Source: Eledone cirrhosa (taxonomy: Eukaryota). From it: a stretch of 64,000 nt of DNA. The notes under the pieces are model-generated. The model was not told where the DNA came from. It did no database searches and was given only the letters and a program-made list of their open reading frames with translations. Shown here piece by piece: positions 12,060 to 26,204 of the stretch (the stretch's first letter is position 1; every line of letters begins with the position of its first letter). Both the position numbers and the translations under genes were made by a program. Location: positions 122,760,001 to 122,824,000 of the forward strand of contig OZ024740.1 of the NCBI GenBank assembly GCA_964016885.1, written 5' to 3'.

Positions 12060-13535
12060 AAGAACGATATTATAAAATACCTAGTGCACAACTGTAGAGG
12101 CACTTGGACTACTGCTATGGGTGTTTGAATTACGATCATAATGTGGTGGGTTTGAGTCCTAGTGATGAAGAAGGGTAAATTGAGCAGAAGCAACGGAATA
12201 CAGGTACCAACAGGTAAGATGAAAAAGGAAATTGACACAAATATTTAGGTGTTCTGGAGGCAGATGACATCAAGAACAAAAAATGAAGGAATTGATAAGA
12301 TCTGAATACATAAGCCGAGTAAGGAACATGCTAAAATCACATCTAAATAGTAGGAATGTCATAAGAGCAGTAAATTCCTGAGCTGTGTCTATTATTAGGT
12401 ACTGTGCGGGAATTCTGAAATGCAATGTTACTGAACAAAAAAAATGGATAGAAAGACTAGGAAGCTATTGACTATCTACAACATGTTCCACAAGAGGAGT
12501 GACGTCGATAGACTCTACTTAAAGAGATCTGAAGGTGGAAGAGGTCTTATCAGCATAGAGGACTGTGTTCAGATGGAGAAAAACAGTCTGCACAAATATG
12601 TGACTGACAGTAGAGAGTCAATGCACAAAATTGTACTGAAGGAGAAGACAATAGACCAGGGGATGTCCAAGGAAGAAATAACAGGAGGGAGGAAGCGCAA
12701 CCTTCATGAAAATTACCTTCATAGCACCTTCTTTAAGAAAACGGAATTCAGATATCCAAAGACATGGAACTGGTTAAAAAGAGGAGACCTTAAAAAAGTT
12801 ACAGAAGGAATGCTAATGGCTGCACAAGAGCAAGCCCTTAGAACGAAGTGGGTGAAGCACCATATTGACAGGGAAGAGGCTAGCTCACTGTGTAGGATCT
12901 GTGGAGAGAGAGAGGAGACTGTGGATCACATTGTATCTGAGTAGAAACACCTAGCCCAGACACACTTTAAAGTCTGGAGACATGATGTGATGGGCAGGGT
13001 GATCCACTGGCACCTATGCAAAGTAAACAATTTATCATATTCTGAGAAGTAGTATGAGCATAAGCCAGAGTCGGTGATAGAAAACGATCAAGTGAAGTTT
13101 CTATGGAATTTTAGGATACAGATGGACAAGAAATTAGAACACAACAGGCCTGACCTGGTGGCTTTTGACAAGGAAAAAATATCGTACCTGTAGCCTACCC
13201 ATTTGACACAAGAGTGCAAGAAAACGAGAGGGAGAAAATTAACCAATACCAGGATTTAAAGTGGGAGTTAAAAAGGATTTGGAACTGCCATTAGATCAAG
13301 GTTGTCTCGATTGTTATAGGAGCACTACGTACTATCTCAAGGAGTTTCCAAGGATGCTTAAAGAAGATTAGTCCAGCCCCACTTTTTGGAACACTTCAAA
13401 AGCCATGCTTGCTTGGAACAGCAAGAATCTTTCGATACATCCTGAATATCTGAGGCTGCAGGTAGCAGCTTGATATTCATTCCAACAAACTTTCCAGTTA
13501 AATAACATCAATGACACAGACTCAAAGAACAATAA
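12060..13535 (+). mobile_element. R4/Dong-like (restriction-like endonuclease) LINE, 5'-truncated and decayed
   Basis: KYLGVLEADDI, MFHKRSDVDRLYLKRSEGGRGL, TEGMLMAAQEQAL, zinc knuckle CRICGEREETVDHIVSE, RHD, NRPDLV; several stops and frameshifts. Confidence 0.85.
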
Positions 13536-13869
13536 TTCTTAGTACAAATGATACATAAAGCACCAGACTCAAGTCTCAGAAAAATTCGGATCCATAATAT
13601 ATTGTTATATCGCTCAAATATTCAATTTTGTATTATACATTTTATATTCAAAAAAGAAAATGGTTATAAATGGAAGAAAACCCCCTCTGTCTACACTATA
13701 TAGAACAGCCAAATAACAGAAATTTCACCAACACCAGAAACTAGATACACCACCTACACCATCACCCCTCTGTGTACACTAAATACAACAGCCAGATAAC
13801 GGCAATTTCCCCACCACCACGTTCAATCCCAGCATAATAATAATAATTACTATTATTATTGTCTCAAGT

Positions 13870-16847
13870 TTTAACAAAATGTTTAATTCCAATATTAAGT
13901 CACCACTCAAGATGAAAAAACAAAGGAATTCCCACAAGAAATCTACTTGGCAAGAGAACATCAATCCCCAAATAAACCTTCTCCGATCTGACAGAAATTT
14001 TAACAAACTATAAAGTAGGTGAACATGTTAAACAAACTAAACTTAGAAAATTGAAAAGAAAGTACAGTATAAAATCAACAAGTGACATAGACATGCTGAT
14101 AGAAATAATCAAGCAAAAAGTGTTGGCCAAAGCTACTCGTATAAGGCGCTTTGAAAAACGATCAAGATTCTATAAGGACAATAATATGTTCAAAAACAAC
14201 CAAAGAAACTTCTACAGAAAAATTGGTAAGTCAACAATAACTGCTAAATCAATACCACCCAAGGAGGAAGTGCAAGAATTCTGGGAAAAGATCTGGGCCG
14301 AAGAAAAAGTTCATAATATACATGCCCCATGGATAGACAGACAAATGAAAGATACAGCTCACCTTGAGGAACAAATATGGGAAAATATAACAGTGGAACA
14401 GTTGCGTTTGGCTCTAAGAAAAACCAGCAAATAGAAATCCCCAGGAGAAGACAAAATACAAAATTTTTGGATAAATGCCTTCACAGAGTCTCATGAGCTG
14501 TTAGCCCAACTTTACAATGGAATAGTTAAGGAGCCAGAAAAGATACCATCATGGCTATTTAACGGCATTACATTCCTGCTTCCGAAGAATGATGAGACAA
14601 ACAATCCCAAAAATTACAGACCGATAACTTGCTTGACCATAATGTATAACATTTTAACATCAGTCCTAAATGAATATACATATGACCACCTGATAACAAA
14701 TGACCTATTTCCCATTGAGCAGAAAGGGTGTAAACGAGGCTCATATGGCTGTAAGAATCAGCTTTTGGTTAACAAAATGATACTGGAAGATTGTCATAAT
14801 AGACACAAAAATCTATCAATTGCTTGGATAGATTATAACAAAGCATTCGATAGTTTGCCACACAGTTGGATTGAAAAATGTTTAGAGATTTTCAAAATAT
14901 CTCCCATTGTCAGGAGGTTTTTGTCATTCAGTATGAAGACATGGAAAACGACACTCCTTTTGAATAGTGAAACAAAATTACTGGAAGCTGGAGAAGTTAA
15001 TATTAATTGTGGAATTTTTCAGGATGACTCTTTATCACCACTTTTATTCTGCTTCGCACTTATACCATTAAGCAAAATGCTCAATGAAACAAAATACGGA
15101 TATAAAGTCTATAACAAAACTATTAATCACTTGTTCTACATGGATGACCTGAAACTATTTGCAAAAAATGATGAACAATTGCAAGGGCTATTATCCACTG
15201 TGGAGCAATTCAGTGATGACATTAAAATGGAGTTTGGACTAGATAAATGCGCCAAAGCAACGTTCACCAGAGGAAAGCTGCTGAAAAGTTCAGACATTAA
15301 ATCTTGATTGGGGGAATGTGATAAGAGAACTTGATCAAGAGGAAACTTACAAATATCTAGGTGTTTGTGAAGGAGACGGAATCAAGCACTCGACAATGAG
15401 GGAAAGGATAAGGAAGGAATGTTACCGCAGAGTAGGAGCAATCTTAAGAACGGAATTGAATGCAAGGAATAGGATCGATGTCAAAAACACGCTTGCCATA
15501 CCAGTAGTAACCTACAGTTACAATGTCATCAACCCGTCAAGCACAGAGATCCGTAGGCTCGATACAAAAATTAGAAAATTCTTTACCATGCACAGAATGC
15601 ATCACCCTAAGGCAGATACAGATAGAATATATCTCCCTAGGAAAAAAGGAGGAAGTGGGTTAATCCAGTTAGATATTGCGTTGAAAACTGCAACAATTGG
15701 ATTATCTACATATCTAAGGGAATCACATGATTGGATGATCAAACTCGTTTTGAAACACGAAAGCATCAAAAGATCATATTCCATTACAAAAGATGCACAA
15801 AGATACAGTAATGGACTACAAATCTCAGAAGTCCCATTTACTGCTGAAATGGAAAACACATAAAAAGCAAAGCAGGTAAAAGTAACTGCAAAGAAAGAAC
15901 TGCTACAGAAACTGGCTAAGAAATAGCAAGAAAAGCCTCTGTATGGAAAATACCCAGAACGAGCTAACAATCCTGATGTTGACAAAACTTTAACCCATCA
16001 GTGGTTGGCATCCTCTGGACTGAAATCGGAGACTGAGGGACTGATTATATCAGCACAAGATCAGTGTCTGCCAACAAAAAATTACCAAGCCAACATAATA
16101 AAAAATGGATGCAGCCCATTATGCCGTGTACGTAAAAAAAAACCAGAGACCATTGACAATATAATTTCAATGTGCAGTCCTATAGCTCCAACCGAATACC
16201 TAAACAGGCATGACAGAGCTGCACAATACATACATTGGATAATGTGTAAGCATTTTGACCTACCCCATCAAAAGAATTGGTGGGAGCATCAACCACCTCC
16301 CATATTTGAAAAAGATCACATCGCAATCTTGTGGAACTTTAGCATCCAAACAGACCAAAAAATAAATTCAAATAGACCTGATATAATAATGAAGGACTTT
16401 AAAAAGAGGGTATACCTGCTAATTGATATGTCCGTTCCAATAGACAAGAATGTATCTCTAAAAACATTTGAAAAATTGAGCAAGTATAAGGACCTGGAGA
16501 TAGAAATTGAAAAATGTGGAAATTGAGAACTAAAACAATACCAGTGGTTGTAGGCGCTCTGGGAATGATACCTAAGGGGTCTAATGATTACTTACCGCAA
16601 ATCCCAGGAAACCCGCGTATAGGAGAAATACAAAAGATAGTACTAATGGGAACTGCACATATACTAAGGTAGATTCTGTCAATATAAGTACATCACAAGT
16701 CTAAGCACCTAAAGATGCATGTGTGAGTATGTATGTTCTTTCTTGAACATGGCGGACCTTGTTGTCTCTTGAGGTCACTGGTTGTGACTTGGTGATAACT
16801 CGTATGAACATAAAGCAAGATAAATGCAGCTATAATAATAATAATAA
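13870..16847 (+). mobile_element. R4/Dong-like LINE, longest copy: RT, zinc knuckle, RLE; disrupted
   Basis: ORFs 14051-16526: NYRPITCL, AWIDYNKAFDSLPH, DSLSPLLF, HLFYMDDLKLFAK, YKYLG, RHD, NRPDII, KYKDL; ends in (TAA)n at about 16831-16847. Confidence 0.9.
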
Positions 16848-16887
16848 TATAATAACAATTATAATATCCATAAGCTACTGACCTGTA

Positions 16888-18187
16888 ATAGGATGCACCA
16901 TTCAAAAGCAGATGTGGATCGTCTTTAGCTTCATAGAACTCCAGGAGGCCTTGGCTTGATCCAATTTGAACTTGCGTACAAGACCACCAAATTTGGACTG
17001 GCCAAATACCTTGAAATAACTAACGACTGTATGCTGAAACTTGTTAAAAAGCATGAGAGAAGTAAGAAGCTTCATTCTATCTTGAAGGAGAGCAAAAAAT
17101 ATGCTACTGATCTCATGCTTGATACCCAGGCTGGACAGATTAAAGAAACTGTTGCAACTGATGCTGCTAGGCACATAAAATCACTGGCAAAAGCAAAAGG
17201 GCAAGGACAATTAGCATCAAATTGGGAGCAGAAACCTCTGCATGGCAAATATGTGGCCCGTAGCAAACAAGCTGATGTTGACCAAAAGCACACCCATCAG
17301 TGGCTACGTAGTTCAGGGCTAAAGGCGGAGAGTGAAGGCTTCATCTTAGCTGCACAATATCAAGGCTTATTGACTTGACTTGTAATTACCAGGCCAATGT
17401 GATGAGAAATGGAATAAACCCAAAGTGCCGATTCTGCAATGCTGGGGTTGAAACAGTGGATCACTTAGTTTCTAGATGTAAAGTTTTAGCACCAGTAGAA
17501 TACAAATATAGACATGACAGAGTTGGCCAATATCTACACTGGGTAATATGTCGGCATTATAAAATCAAAACTGAAGACAAGTGGTACAATCATCACCATG
17601 AGGCTGTAACTGAAGGAGAAAAAGTAACAACTCTCTGGGACTTTCCTGTATATACTGACAGAACCATAAAAGAAAATAGACCTGACATCATTATAAAAGA
17701 TCAACATAACAAGGTCTGTTTGCTGATAGATATGAGCTTCCCATGTGATCATAATATCGCGGCAAAAGAATTTGACAAGCTACGAAAATATAAAGATCTG
17801 CTTATTGAAATTGAGAAAATGTGGCACCTCAAGGCCGTTACAATACCAGTGATTGTGGGAGGACTGGGAATGATCAAGAAAGGAACAGAACAATATTTAC
17901 GAATGATTCCTGGTTTACCCTCTCTGCACGAGGTGCAAAATATTGTTTTGACTGGTACTGCACACGTTTTGAGAAGAGCACTATCTCTGTAAGATTGATA
18001 TCCCTCCTTGTATTTACATATGCATATGCACATGTGTATATATGTATACCGTTTTTTGTTTTTTTTCTTATAATCAATGTGCTGTATTAACTGGCTTACC
18101 AATGCACACTGTGAATTTATTTGCCAGGAAAATACGCGGCATATATCTCAGAAACAATAATGAAAGAAAATAAGAATAACAATAATA
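16888..18187 (+). mobile_element. R4/Dong-like LINE, 5'-truncated third copy
   Basis: MHHSKADVDRL, WLRSSGLKAESEGFILAAQ, CRFCNAGVETVDHLVSRC, RHD, NRPDIII, KLRKYKDL, AHVLRRAL; AAT-rich 3' end. Confidence 0.9.
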
Positions 18188-19141
18188 ATGTTTCTACTTT
18201 TGGCACACGGCCAGCAATTACACGAGTGCATTACTGGTGCTTTATTTTATCGACCCTGTAAGGATGAAAGGCAAAGTCAACCTTGTGGGGATTTGAACAC
18301 TAGAACGTAAAGTGCCATAACTATGCTGCAAAGCATGGTCTCTAACGTTCTACCAATACCGCCAAAAGATTTATGAAAGAAGTCCTGCTTGCTCATTGAC
18401 ATGACTACACCATCTGTAGAAATATGTCAGCAAAAGAATTAGAAGACCTTCCAAAATATAGAGATCTAGAAATTCAGATAAACAGAATTTAATTGATATC
18501 ATTCAAATAACCTTAATGCAAAATTAATACATATCTTTTATATTCCTTAATACTCCTTTTTATCTTCAACTTTTCCTACCTTTCTATGATTATTTTTTCT
18601 TCTCAAATTTTCAAAACTTATTTAGCTATCTGATTTTGTGATGTGACTTGTTAAGTAAACGTCGGGAGAGAACAATGAAAAAAAAGCTATTGAAAATTGT
18701 CAAAACCAAAGATGTCTGCCCTAAGTATCTGGTTGATACTTGGTAGTCATTGTATATAATGCAAAATCAAAGGAAAATAATAATCATAATAATGATAATA
18801 ATAATATTAATAATAATTGTTTCTACTTTTGGCACAAGGCCAGAAAATACCCAGTACATTACTGGTACTTTATTTTATTGACCCCGTAACAATAAAGGCG
18901 AAGTTAAATAATAATAATGATGATGATGATAATAATAATAATTGTTCTACTTTTGGCACAAGGCTAGCAATTACCCAGTGCATTACTGGTACTTTATTAC
19001 TGGTACTTTATTTTATCAACCAGGTGAAGATGAAAGGCAAATCAACCTTGGTGGGATTTGAACTCAGAATGGCAAGAGCCATAACTCTATGCGTCAAAGC
19101 ATGGTGTCCGACCCTCTACCGATACTGCCAATCCACTGCCC

Positions 19142-19142
<1 letters not shown>
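18188..19142 (-). mobile_element. Cluster of SINE family 1 copies (about 18188-18365, 18816-18908, 18940-19142) interleaved with (AAT)n and a small + strand RLE remnant (18365-18485)
   Basis: Direct matches to 37654-37843; the remnant reads KSCLLIDM..KELE.L.KYRDLEI. Confidence 0.75.
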
Positions 19143-19230
<88 letters not shown>

Positions 19231-19260
19231 GTGATAATGGTAATGCTGATGATAAAAATA
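19143..19260. repeat. (AAT)n(GAT)n compound microsatellite
   Basis: Visible directly. Confidence 0.95.
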
Positions 19261-20502
19261 ATGGTTAACATAATGTTTGCATTCAGGTACTCTAAAGCCT
19301 AGTGCACTGAACGAGGAATTAATAGAGTTAGAAGTCATTCGGTGTAAAATCCTATCACGGCATTTATACCAGTTATGGAAAATTCTTTGTTTGCTTCCTT
19401 GCAAATAAATTCCTCTATAAAATGAGAATTAACTAAAAGGAATTTGAAGAAGAAAAAAAGATGGAAGCAAAAAAAAGAACATATATATATATAGTTAAGA
19501 ATATCAATAATATCATTATCTGATATTCCTGACTAATTATGTATTGAATTGATTTTCCTCCCGGAATCAATGTCTGCTCATATAAGCTCCTTATTTATAA
19601 ATTTATATTCAAATCATTGTAACATTTTTCAGCTATGTGAAAATACTATTTCAGATTAACATGACTTTTTGTTGACTAACTTATGACAAACATTAATTAA
19701 TTCTGCTCAGATACAGAATTTTCTCACTTACTGATATTTTTATGAAGTTTTTAATTAGATTTTGTTTTATGAACATCTTGGTTTTAATTAACAACATAAA
19801 TTCATGCTTACACTATGTGTGAGTGTGTGTGGATGTATGGATGTATGGGTGTATATGTGAGTGTGTGTGTGTGTATGAGTGAATGTGTGTATATGTGTGT
19901 GCCTCATGAAGCCAAGGACCTCAGATTAATAGTGAAAGAGATGTTAGAAAATGCTGCTAAATCAAAACCTTTCAATGTGGGACTCAGACTCCACCAATAG
20001 CATGTACTGTCACCACTTCTGTTCATTATTTTCATGGACAGGATTGACATGTGCAACTGGATTGGAAGTGGTATCACATCTGGCAAGTGTAAAATCAGTT
20101 GGATGAATTTTCAGAAGACATGATGTAACTTAACTTGTAAGAAGGTAATCTTCAATGTGCAATTGATAAATTTGATGCCAAGTGTTGCATGGTTGGAATG
20201 AAAACCAATGCTGCAAATACTGAGATACACCTCCTCTGAAGTAAGCCTGTACAGTGCACTCTACATGTTCCACTGAAGTAGGTGGAGATGTACAAGTATC
20301 TCAGGGCTGTGTTCAAGAGTGATGGAAGGCAGGAGACTGAATTAAGTGCAATAATTTCATGAACTGGCATAATAATGTGCCAACTTCAGCATTTAGTAAT
20401 CAGAAGAAGGGAGGGAGGTGTAAAAGCCAAACTCGCTATCTTCAATTCATTATTCATGCCAACTATAGTCATGAATCTTGGGTAATCACTGAAAGAACAC
20501 AA

Positions 20503-22038
20503 TCTCTCTCTATATAAAATTCTTTGTCTCTCTGTCTGTCTTTTCTTTATGCATTCTCAAATAGCTCGACCAAATCAAATCAAATTTTACTAGGTATTAG
20601 ACACGGGATTAACAACATGTATTTTTTTATTTTAATTTGGATTAAAACAATATAACATTTTAACTAAAATATTCGTTCTATTGTCAACTATAAGTAAACA
20701 GCATTTTATAACACGATAACGAGGATGTCACATTTTGTATATGAGTGTGTATATGTCTGTGAGTGTGTTTGCGTATTTGTTACATATGTTAGGGCTTAGT
20801 AAGTTGCATACTCATTGTCTTCACATAAATATTTAATCAGATACACAGAGAATTAAACACACACACGTCTACATATACAAATATGTTGACTGACAAGTAT
20901 ATGTGTGTGTGAGTATACATACATTTCTGATAGGACTGACATAATGAACACATACACAAACACACTAAAGAGAGAGAGAGAGAGACACACACACAGAGGC
21001 AGATGCAAATAGAGAGAGATAGGCCGTTATACAGTGCGGGATACAATTAAAGTGTTAGATATTCAGAGAGAGAGGAGGAGAGAGAGAGTGACGTCCAACA
21101 AAAGTCTAGCATTGGTTTAAACTATAGATCAAAGTATCAGTTGAACGTTTAACAATATCATGTTAGCCTTTATAAAGTCATTTTACACCAGTGTTGGGTT
21201 TTGCAAAACACAGAAAAAAATTGATACTGTTAGAAATTGATCTATGGTGTACATTAATTTAGCTTTTTGAGGATAGTGTCATGTTATTATTGACCTAATT
21301 CAGAATATGAGATGGGAAACAGAAAGGTTAAGACAACAAGAAAGACGATCACAACTTTCGGAAGGTGTACAGGACCTGAGACAGAGAACAGAAAGTTTAA
21401 GGCAAAGAGAAAGATTATCGCAATAAACAAAGGTTCAATATAAAAATCACCAAGAGGTAATTACAGTTGCGATGCAAACTCGACGAGCGCACACGACTCT
21501 TCAAGGAAGAATAAACTGGCTACGAGTTGCGTTTTCATATGATCCATCGAAGAATTATAGAAATGATAATAAAGTCGCGATTGGTAGCGTGGATATTACA
21601 CTTGGTATGTGTTACTTAGGAGAAAAGATCAGACTTCCAGTGATAAAGGACCTCCATCTTTCATCCATATACTGCTTACAGACCATACTACTGAATCTAA
21701 ACACTTCAGAAGCAATGTTATGCTGTATATTGCTGCATTTCAGATGACGTCCTTTGGAGCTGAAAAAGTTCATATTGACTATGGTTATTTCACAACTTTT
21801 AAAATCCAAAGCCAATGCTACCATTTAAGCAGCAGTTTACTCACCCAGCCTAATAAGGTTTTATGATTGTTTTTTTTTCTCTCTTTCACACACACACACA
21901 CACACACCCACACACCCACACACACAATACGGTCTCACCTCATACTGTAAACCAGACAAGACATCTAATTCAGTCGTTTTCTCTATTATCCACCTTCTCT
22001 TAATTGTTCACCAGAGCGAAGCCAGGTACCTCAGCTAA
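20503..22038 (+). mobile_element. Non-autonomous Helitron deletion derivative
   Basis: 5' TCTCTCTCTATATAAAATTC; 3' decayed hairpin CCAGAGCGAAGCCAGG then CTAA (CTRR); inserted at A|T with no TSD, and the host RTE rejoins across it; internal RepHel N-terminal remnant. Confidence 0.8.
21510..21866 (+). pseudogene. Helitron RepHel N-terminal remnant
   Basis: AFSYD....Y....VAIG, GMC..EKIRLP, PP, SKHFRSNV..Y.AAFQMTSFGA, TFKIQSQCYH..SLL across one frameshift; matches the region upstream of the Helitron Rep domain. Confidence 0.75.
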
Positions 22039-22496
22039 TCAAATAATAGCACCCAAAATGGGTGTTCCTCTAAATTGTCTTTGGTATAACATTACGTGAC
22101 AGACTTCGTAATTCGAAGATCAGAGAGCTGCTCCAGGTAGAACTATTTCTCTGAATTACAGGCATGTTGTTAGACTGTCTTAGAAAAGAATCGCTTGAGA
22201 GATTTTATGGGCAAAACCAAAGAGCAAGAGACCTGTGGGTGGACAAATGAGCAAGACAGATGGATAACATGCATGAGCTTTGCTGGTCTTGCTTAGGCAT
22301 GCAGCCAGATCAGTTGGAGAAGATTGTTCTGACAGGATCCTCAGGAATAAGTGGGTGAAGATGAAGAGAAGATTTGAGAAAATGTAACATAAATGCTTTT
22401 CCCAATGGTGTTACTAGGTCACATCAGGGAAGGGTCAAATCTTCCTACTAATTTACAAAACTTATATATAAGTAGGTATATATATTGTATTACATG

Positions 22497-22654
<158 letters not shown>

Positions 22655-22782
22655 ACAAAGAGGGTTTGGTAAGATACCAGGTAGACCATAACGCACCAGA
22701 GTACTCAATACTTAGGGTAGTAGAGTGGGTAATAGGAAAAGATTCAGGACCTCAACAGCTGAGCTCCTGTGCTAGGGCGGAA

Positions 22783-22916
22783 TTACATATTGCATATATT
22801 TCACTGTCGATCATCTTGAGGAACAATCCAATAATGTCTGTTCCAGAGTCAGGAATGAACATTATTGGATTGTTCCTCGAGATGATTAACAGGGAAACAT
22901 ATGTAATATGCAATTA
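22783..22916. repeat. Foldback with about 55-bp imperfect arms
   Basis: ATTACATATTGCATATATTTCACTGTCGATCATCTTGAGGAACAATCCAATAATGT ... ACATTATTGGATTGTTCCTCGAGATGATTAACAGGGAAACATATGTAATATGCAAT. Confidence 0.8.
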
Positions 22917-22929
22917 AATATGTGCATGA

Positions 22930-23178
22930 TACAGTCCATACTATATACCCAGTCCACACTGTAAAGTGGTCATGTAGGCGCCACGGTAGAAAAGTCCCCA
23001 GTACTCACTGTAAATGAGGTTGGTGTTAGGAATGGCATCCAGCTGTAGAAATCAAGCCAAATATGTTCCGTATGAGCAAGACATGGTTGCCTGACCTGGC
23101 ATTGCCCACAACTGGACAACCCGTCTAACCTAAGCTCAAGTGGAAGAATGGACGTAAAACGGTGATGATGATGATGAT
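22930..23178 (+). mobile_element. RTE 3' UTR fragment with (GAT)n tail
   Basis: GGTTGGTGTTAGGAATGGCATCCAGCTGTAGAAA...CCCGTCTAACC...TGGACGTAAAACGGTGATGATG; similar fragments at about 9916-10075(-), 23440-23604, 45440-45498, 49325-49480, 59680-60080. Confidence 0.75.
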
Positions 23179-23689
23179 ACAATACTGATTCTACTTGTAG
23201 CATACCTATGAAGCACTGGCCTTTCCTATTTAGAAATGTGATAGAACTAGCTACCTCTAAAGCCATAAATGCATGCCTTTTTTTAAAATAAAACTTCTGC
23301 ATATTTGATGGTGAATTTATTTGTCATCTTAGCATTGATACCAACATAAGTCAGATCAATTTAACTACTTTGCATAGGTTTATTTATATTTATATAAAGG
23401 AAGAATTGTTACAGATGAAGGCAAATTATTTTAATTTATAATGCTGTAAATGTGGTTGGTGTTAGGAAGGGCATCCAGCCATAGAAGACCTGCTAGATAG
23501 TCCTATACGAGCAAGACAGTCACCTGACTAATCTTTCCTCAAGTGGAACAACTCCTGTCTAAATCATGCTAGCGTGGAAGATAGACATTAAACGATGATG
23601 ATGATTAACCATTTAAATTATAGAAAATAGTATTTTCTTATTGTCCGAAAATGCAGTATACTAATTACAATGTAACTTAAACTGCATTT

Positions 23690-23747
<58 letters not shown>

Positions 23748-24750
23748 GGGGAGAGAGAGGGAGATATAACCCAGACTAAGAAGAATATTGTTTTCTCTTT
23801 GGAATGTATTTCATGTTCCATTTGGGCATGTGATTAGAATGTCCCAGGAAAGAATAGCTGGACAGATTTTACAGGCGACCCAGGAATAGACCCCAAGCAA
23901 GATGGTTGGCTAACATCCCTGAGCTTGGCTGGTTTCACTTGGGGATCCAACTAGATCAATTGGAGATGATTGCTTCTGACAGAACCAACTGGAAGGAAAT
24001 TAAACTAAAAATTTAAATTAAAAATTAAAAGAATTACAAGTTAAAATACTGATTGAAGTAAGTAAAAAAAATATATATGTACATATAATAACTAATAAAT
24101 AGGGAGATGTTTAAATTATAGTAAGAAGGATCAATATTACAGATATATTATCCATATATTGTTTTAATTTTTAGTTTTAATTTCTAATTCTCAATCATAA
24201 TTTCCACAGTGAAACATTAATACCTAGAAATAAGTATATATTCTCTTAGCGGGTAATGGTCAATCCTACTGTCCATGCTTAATTTAGGGGTAGTATTGAG
24301 ACCTATTGAAACTCATACTCACCAACCCCCACTAGCTTTCGGCAAATGCCACTGGCAAGGTGGCTAGCAGTAAACTATAACCATGTCATATTACAGATGT
24401 GGAATGGGTGATTGTTTGGTTGAGAGGGGTACCTGCCTAGGCGAGTTTCGTAGAACTTTGTTGTAGTTAATGGTCAACTTCCTTCGGACTAGCGCCTGCA
24501 CTGACCGGGGGGGAGGGAATTGGGACTCACAGGGGAACAGGCGAAGAATTCAAGAGCACACGCTTTGTCCATTCCCATGTCGATTCAATTTAGATTGCCT
24601 TGGAAACATAACATTATGTAAGGAGCTGTCTGATAATGTCATGGCACTGGATGTACCGAACCCTGTGACCACAGTCGTCATTGAAATATGTATCACAGCA
24701 TTATCATTAAAGGACTTTAACATCTGAAACTACTTCGCTTTTTCTTATTC

Positions 24751-24791
<41 letters not shown>

Positions 24792-24817
24792 ATTATATAT
24801 ATATGTGTGTGTGTATA

Positions 24818-24903
<86 letters not shown>

Positions 24904-25028
24904 GGAGGTGAGTTTTATTGTAGTACAATAAAGCAATGCAGATATCGGATAAGAAGCACTCTACAGTTTGTAGGACTGGAGTATACATAATATATAAGAT
25001 CAAAAGATGGTTAAATGAGTTCCATGTA

Positions 25029-25094
25029 TTTTATTATGCGCATTTCAAAAAAAAATATATCATACAATAACATTTGTGTTTTCATCAGATAAAA
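25029..25094 (-). ncRNA. Type I hammerhead ribozyme (PLE A pLTR)
   Basis: UUUUAU-CUGAUGA-stem II-GAAA-UGCGCA-UA-AUAAAA; stem II carries a few mismatches. Confidence 0.75.
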
Positions 25095-25955
25095 TAGGAG
25101 GACATGATATGAAGGTTAAAAACACTTGTGGATAGTGCAGTTTTAAATCAACATATGAAAAGTAGTTTTAGATTGATGTGTGATATTGGGGAAAACCTTT
25201 TTTTTAGGGGGGGGGGGAAGAGGAGGAGATGAGAGTAAAAAGTGGAGGGGTAAGAGTATAATGAGGAAGGATGAGATAGGAGGAGAGATGGCTGATAGAG
25301 AGAGAGAGATAGCTTTTATAACTGAGAAAAATATATTGTTTTACATAGAGAGGTTGAAAAACCGTTGGAAGATAATGTATAAGTTAAAAGAATTTGAAAA
25401 TTAACGAAGAGAAAAATAATGTAAAGTTAAGGTTTGTATATTGAAGGGTTTAATAATATGTGCGATGAAAAGAAATTGTTAATATGTATCAAGAATAATA
25501 TTTAAGGGTTTAATAATATGTGCGATGGAAAGAAAATGTTAATATGTATTAAGAATAATTTTAAGGGTTTAATAATATGTGCGATGGAAAGAAAATGTTG
25601 ATATGTATTATTAAAAAAAACAGAAGTAATGTAAGTAAGGATATATTGTGAGACGAGCATGAATAAGTTAGATGAAAGTGAGAAAAAAATAATGAATAGA
25701 GGATGAATAATCTAACGTCAAAAAAAATGTTTATGTTTACGAAGGATTTGTTCAAGGTGATATAAAGTAAGAATATAGTGTATTGTGTAATAATTGTTTC
25801 TATGTTAGGCACAGTGAGAAAAGGTACAGATTAGGGGTTAGAAATTAAAAGAAAAGGAAAGGAAAAGGAAGAAAGGGAAGTGATGAATAGGAATGATATA
25901 GAATATGATAAATAACTTTGAAATAAGGTAGAAAGATGGGTATATATTTAAAGAA

Positions 25956-26011
<56 letters not shown>

Positions 26012-26137
26012 AGGAGGTGAGTTTTATTGTAGTACAATAAAGCAATGCAGATATCGGATAAGAAGCACTCTACAGTTTGTAGGACTGGAGTATACATAAT
26101 ATATAAGATGAAAAGATGGTTAAAGGAGTTCCATGTA

Positions 26138-26204
26138 TTTTATTATGCGCATTTCAAAAACAAACATCATCATGCAATAATATTTGTGTTTTCATCAGAT
26201 AAAA
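26138..26204 (-). ncRNA. Type I hammerhead ribozyme (inverted pLTR of B)
   Basis: Reverse complement of 29853-29919. Confidence 0.85.

Noticed and set aside
19289-19408. Possible exon after TTCAG (TLKPSALNEELIELEVIRCKIL...)
   Set aside because: No convincing donor site or recognisable homology.
22870-22912. Hammerhead-like GAAACATATGTA in the foldback
   Set aside because: Core is degenerate in both arms and stem I cannot form.
25420-25610. Tandem ~60-bp repeats (also 29170-29390) as a CRISPR-like array
   Set aside because: Contiguous tandem units without unique spacers, inside a PLE 3' UTR of a eukaryotic sequence.
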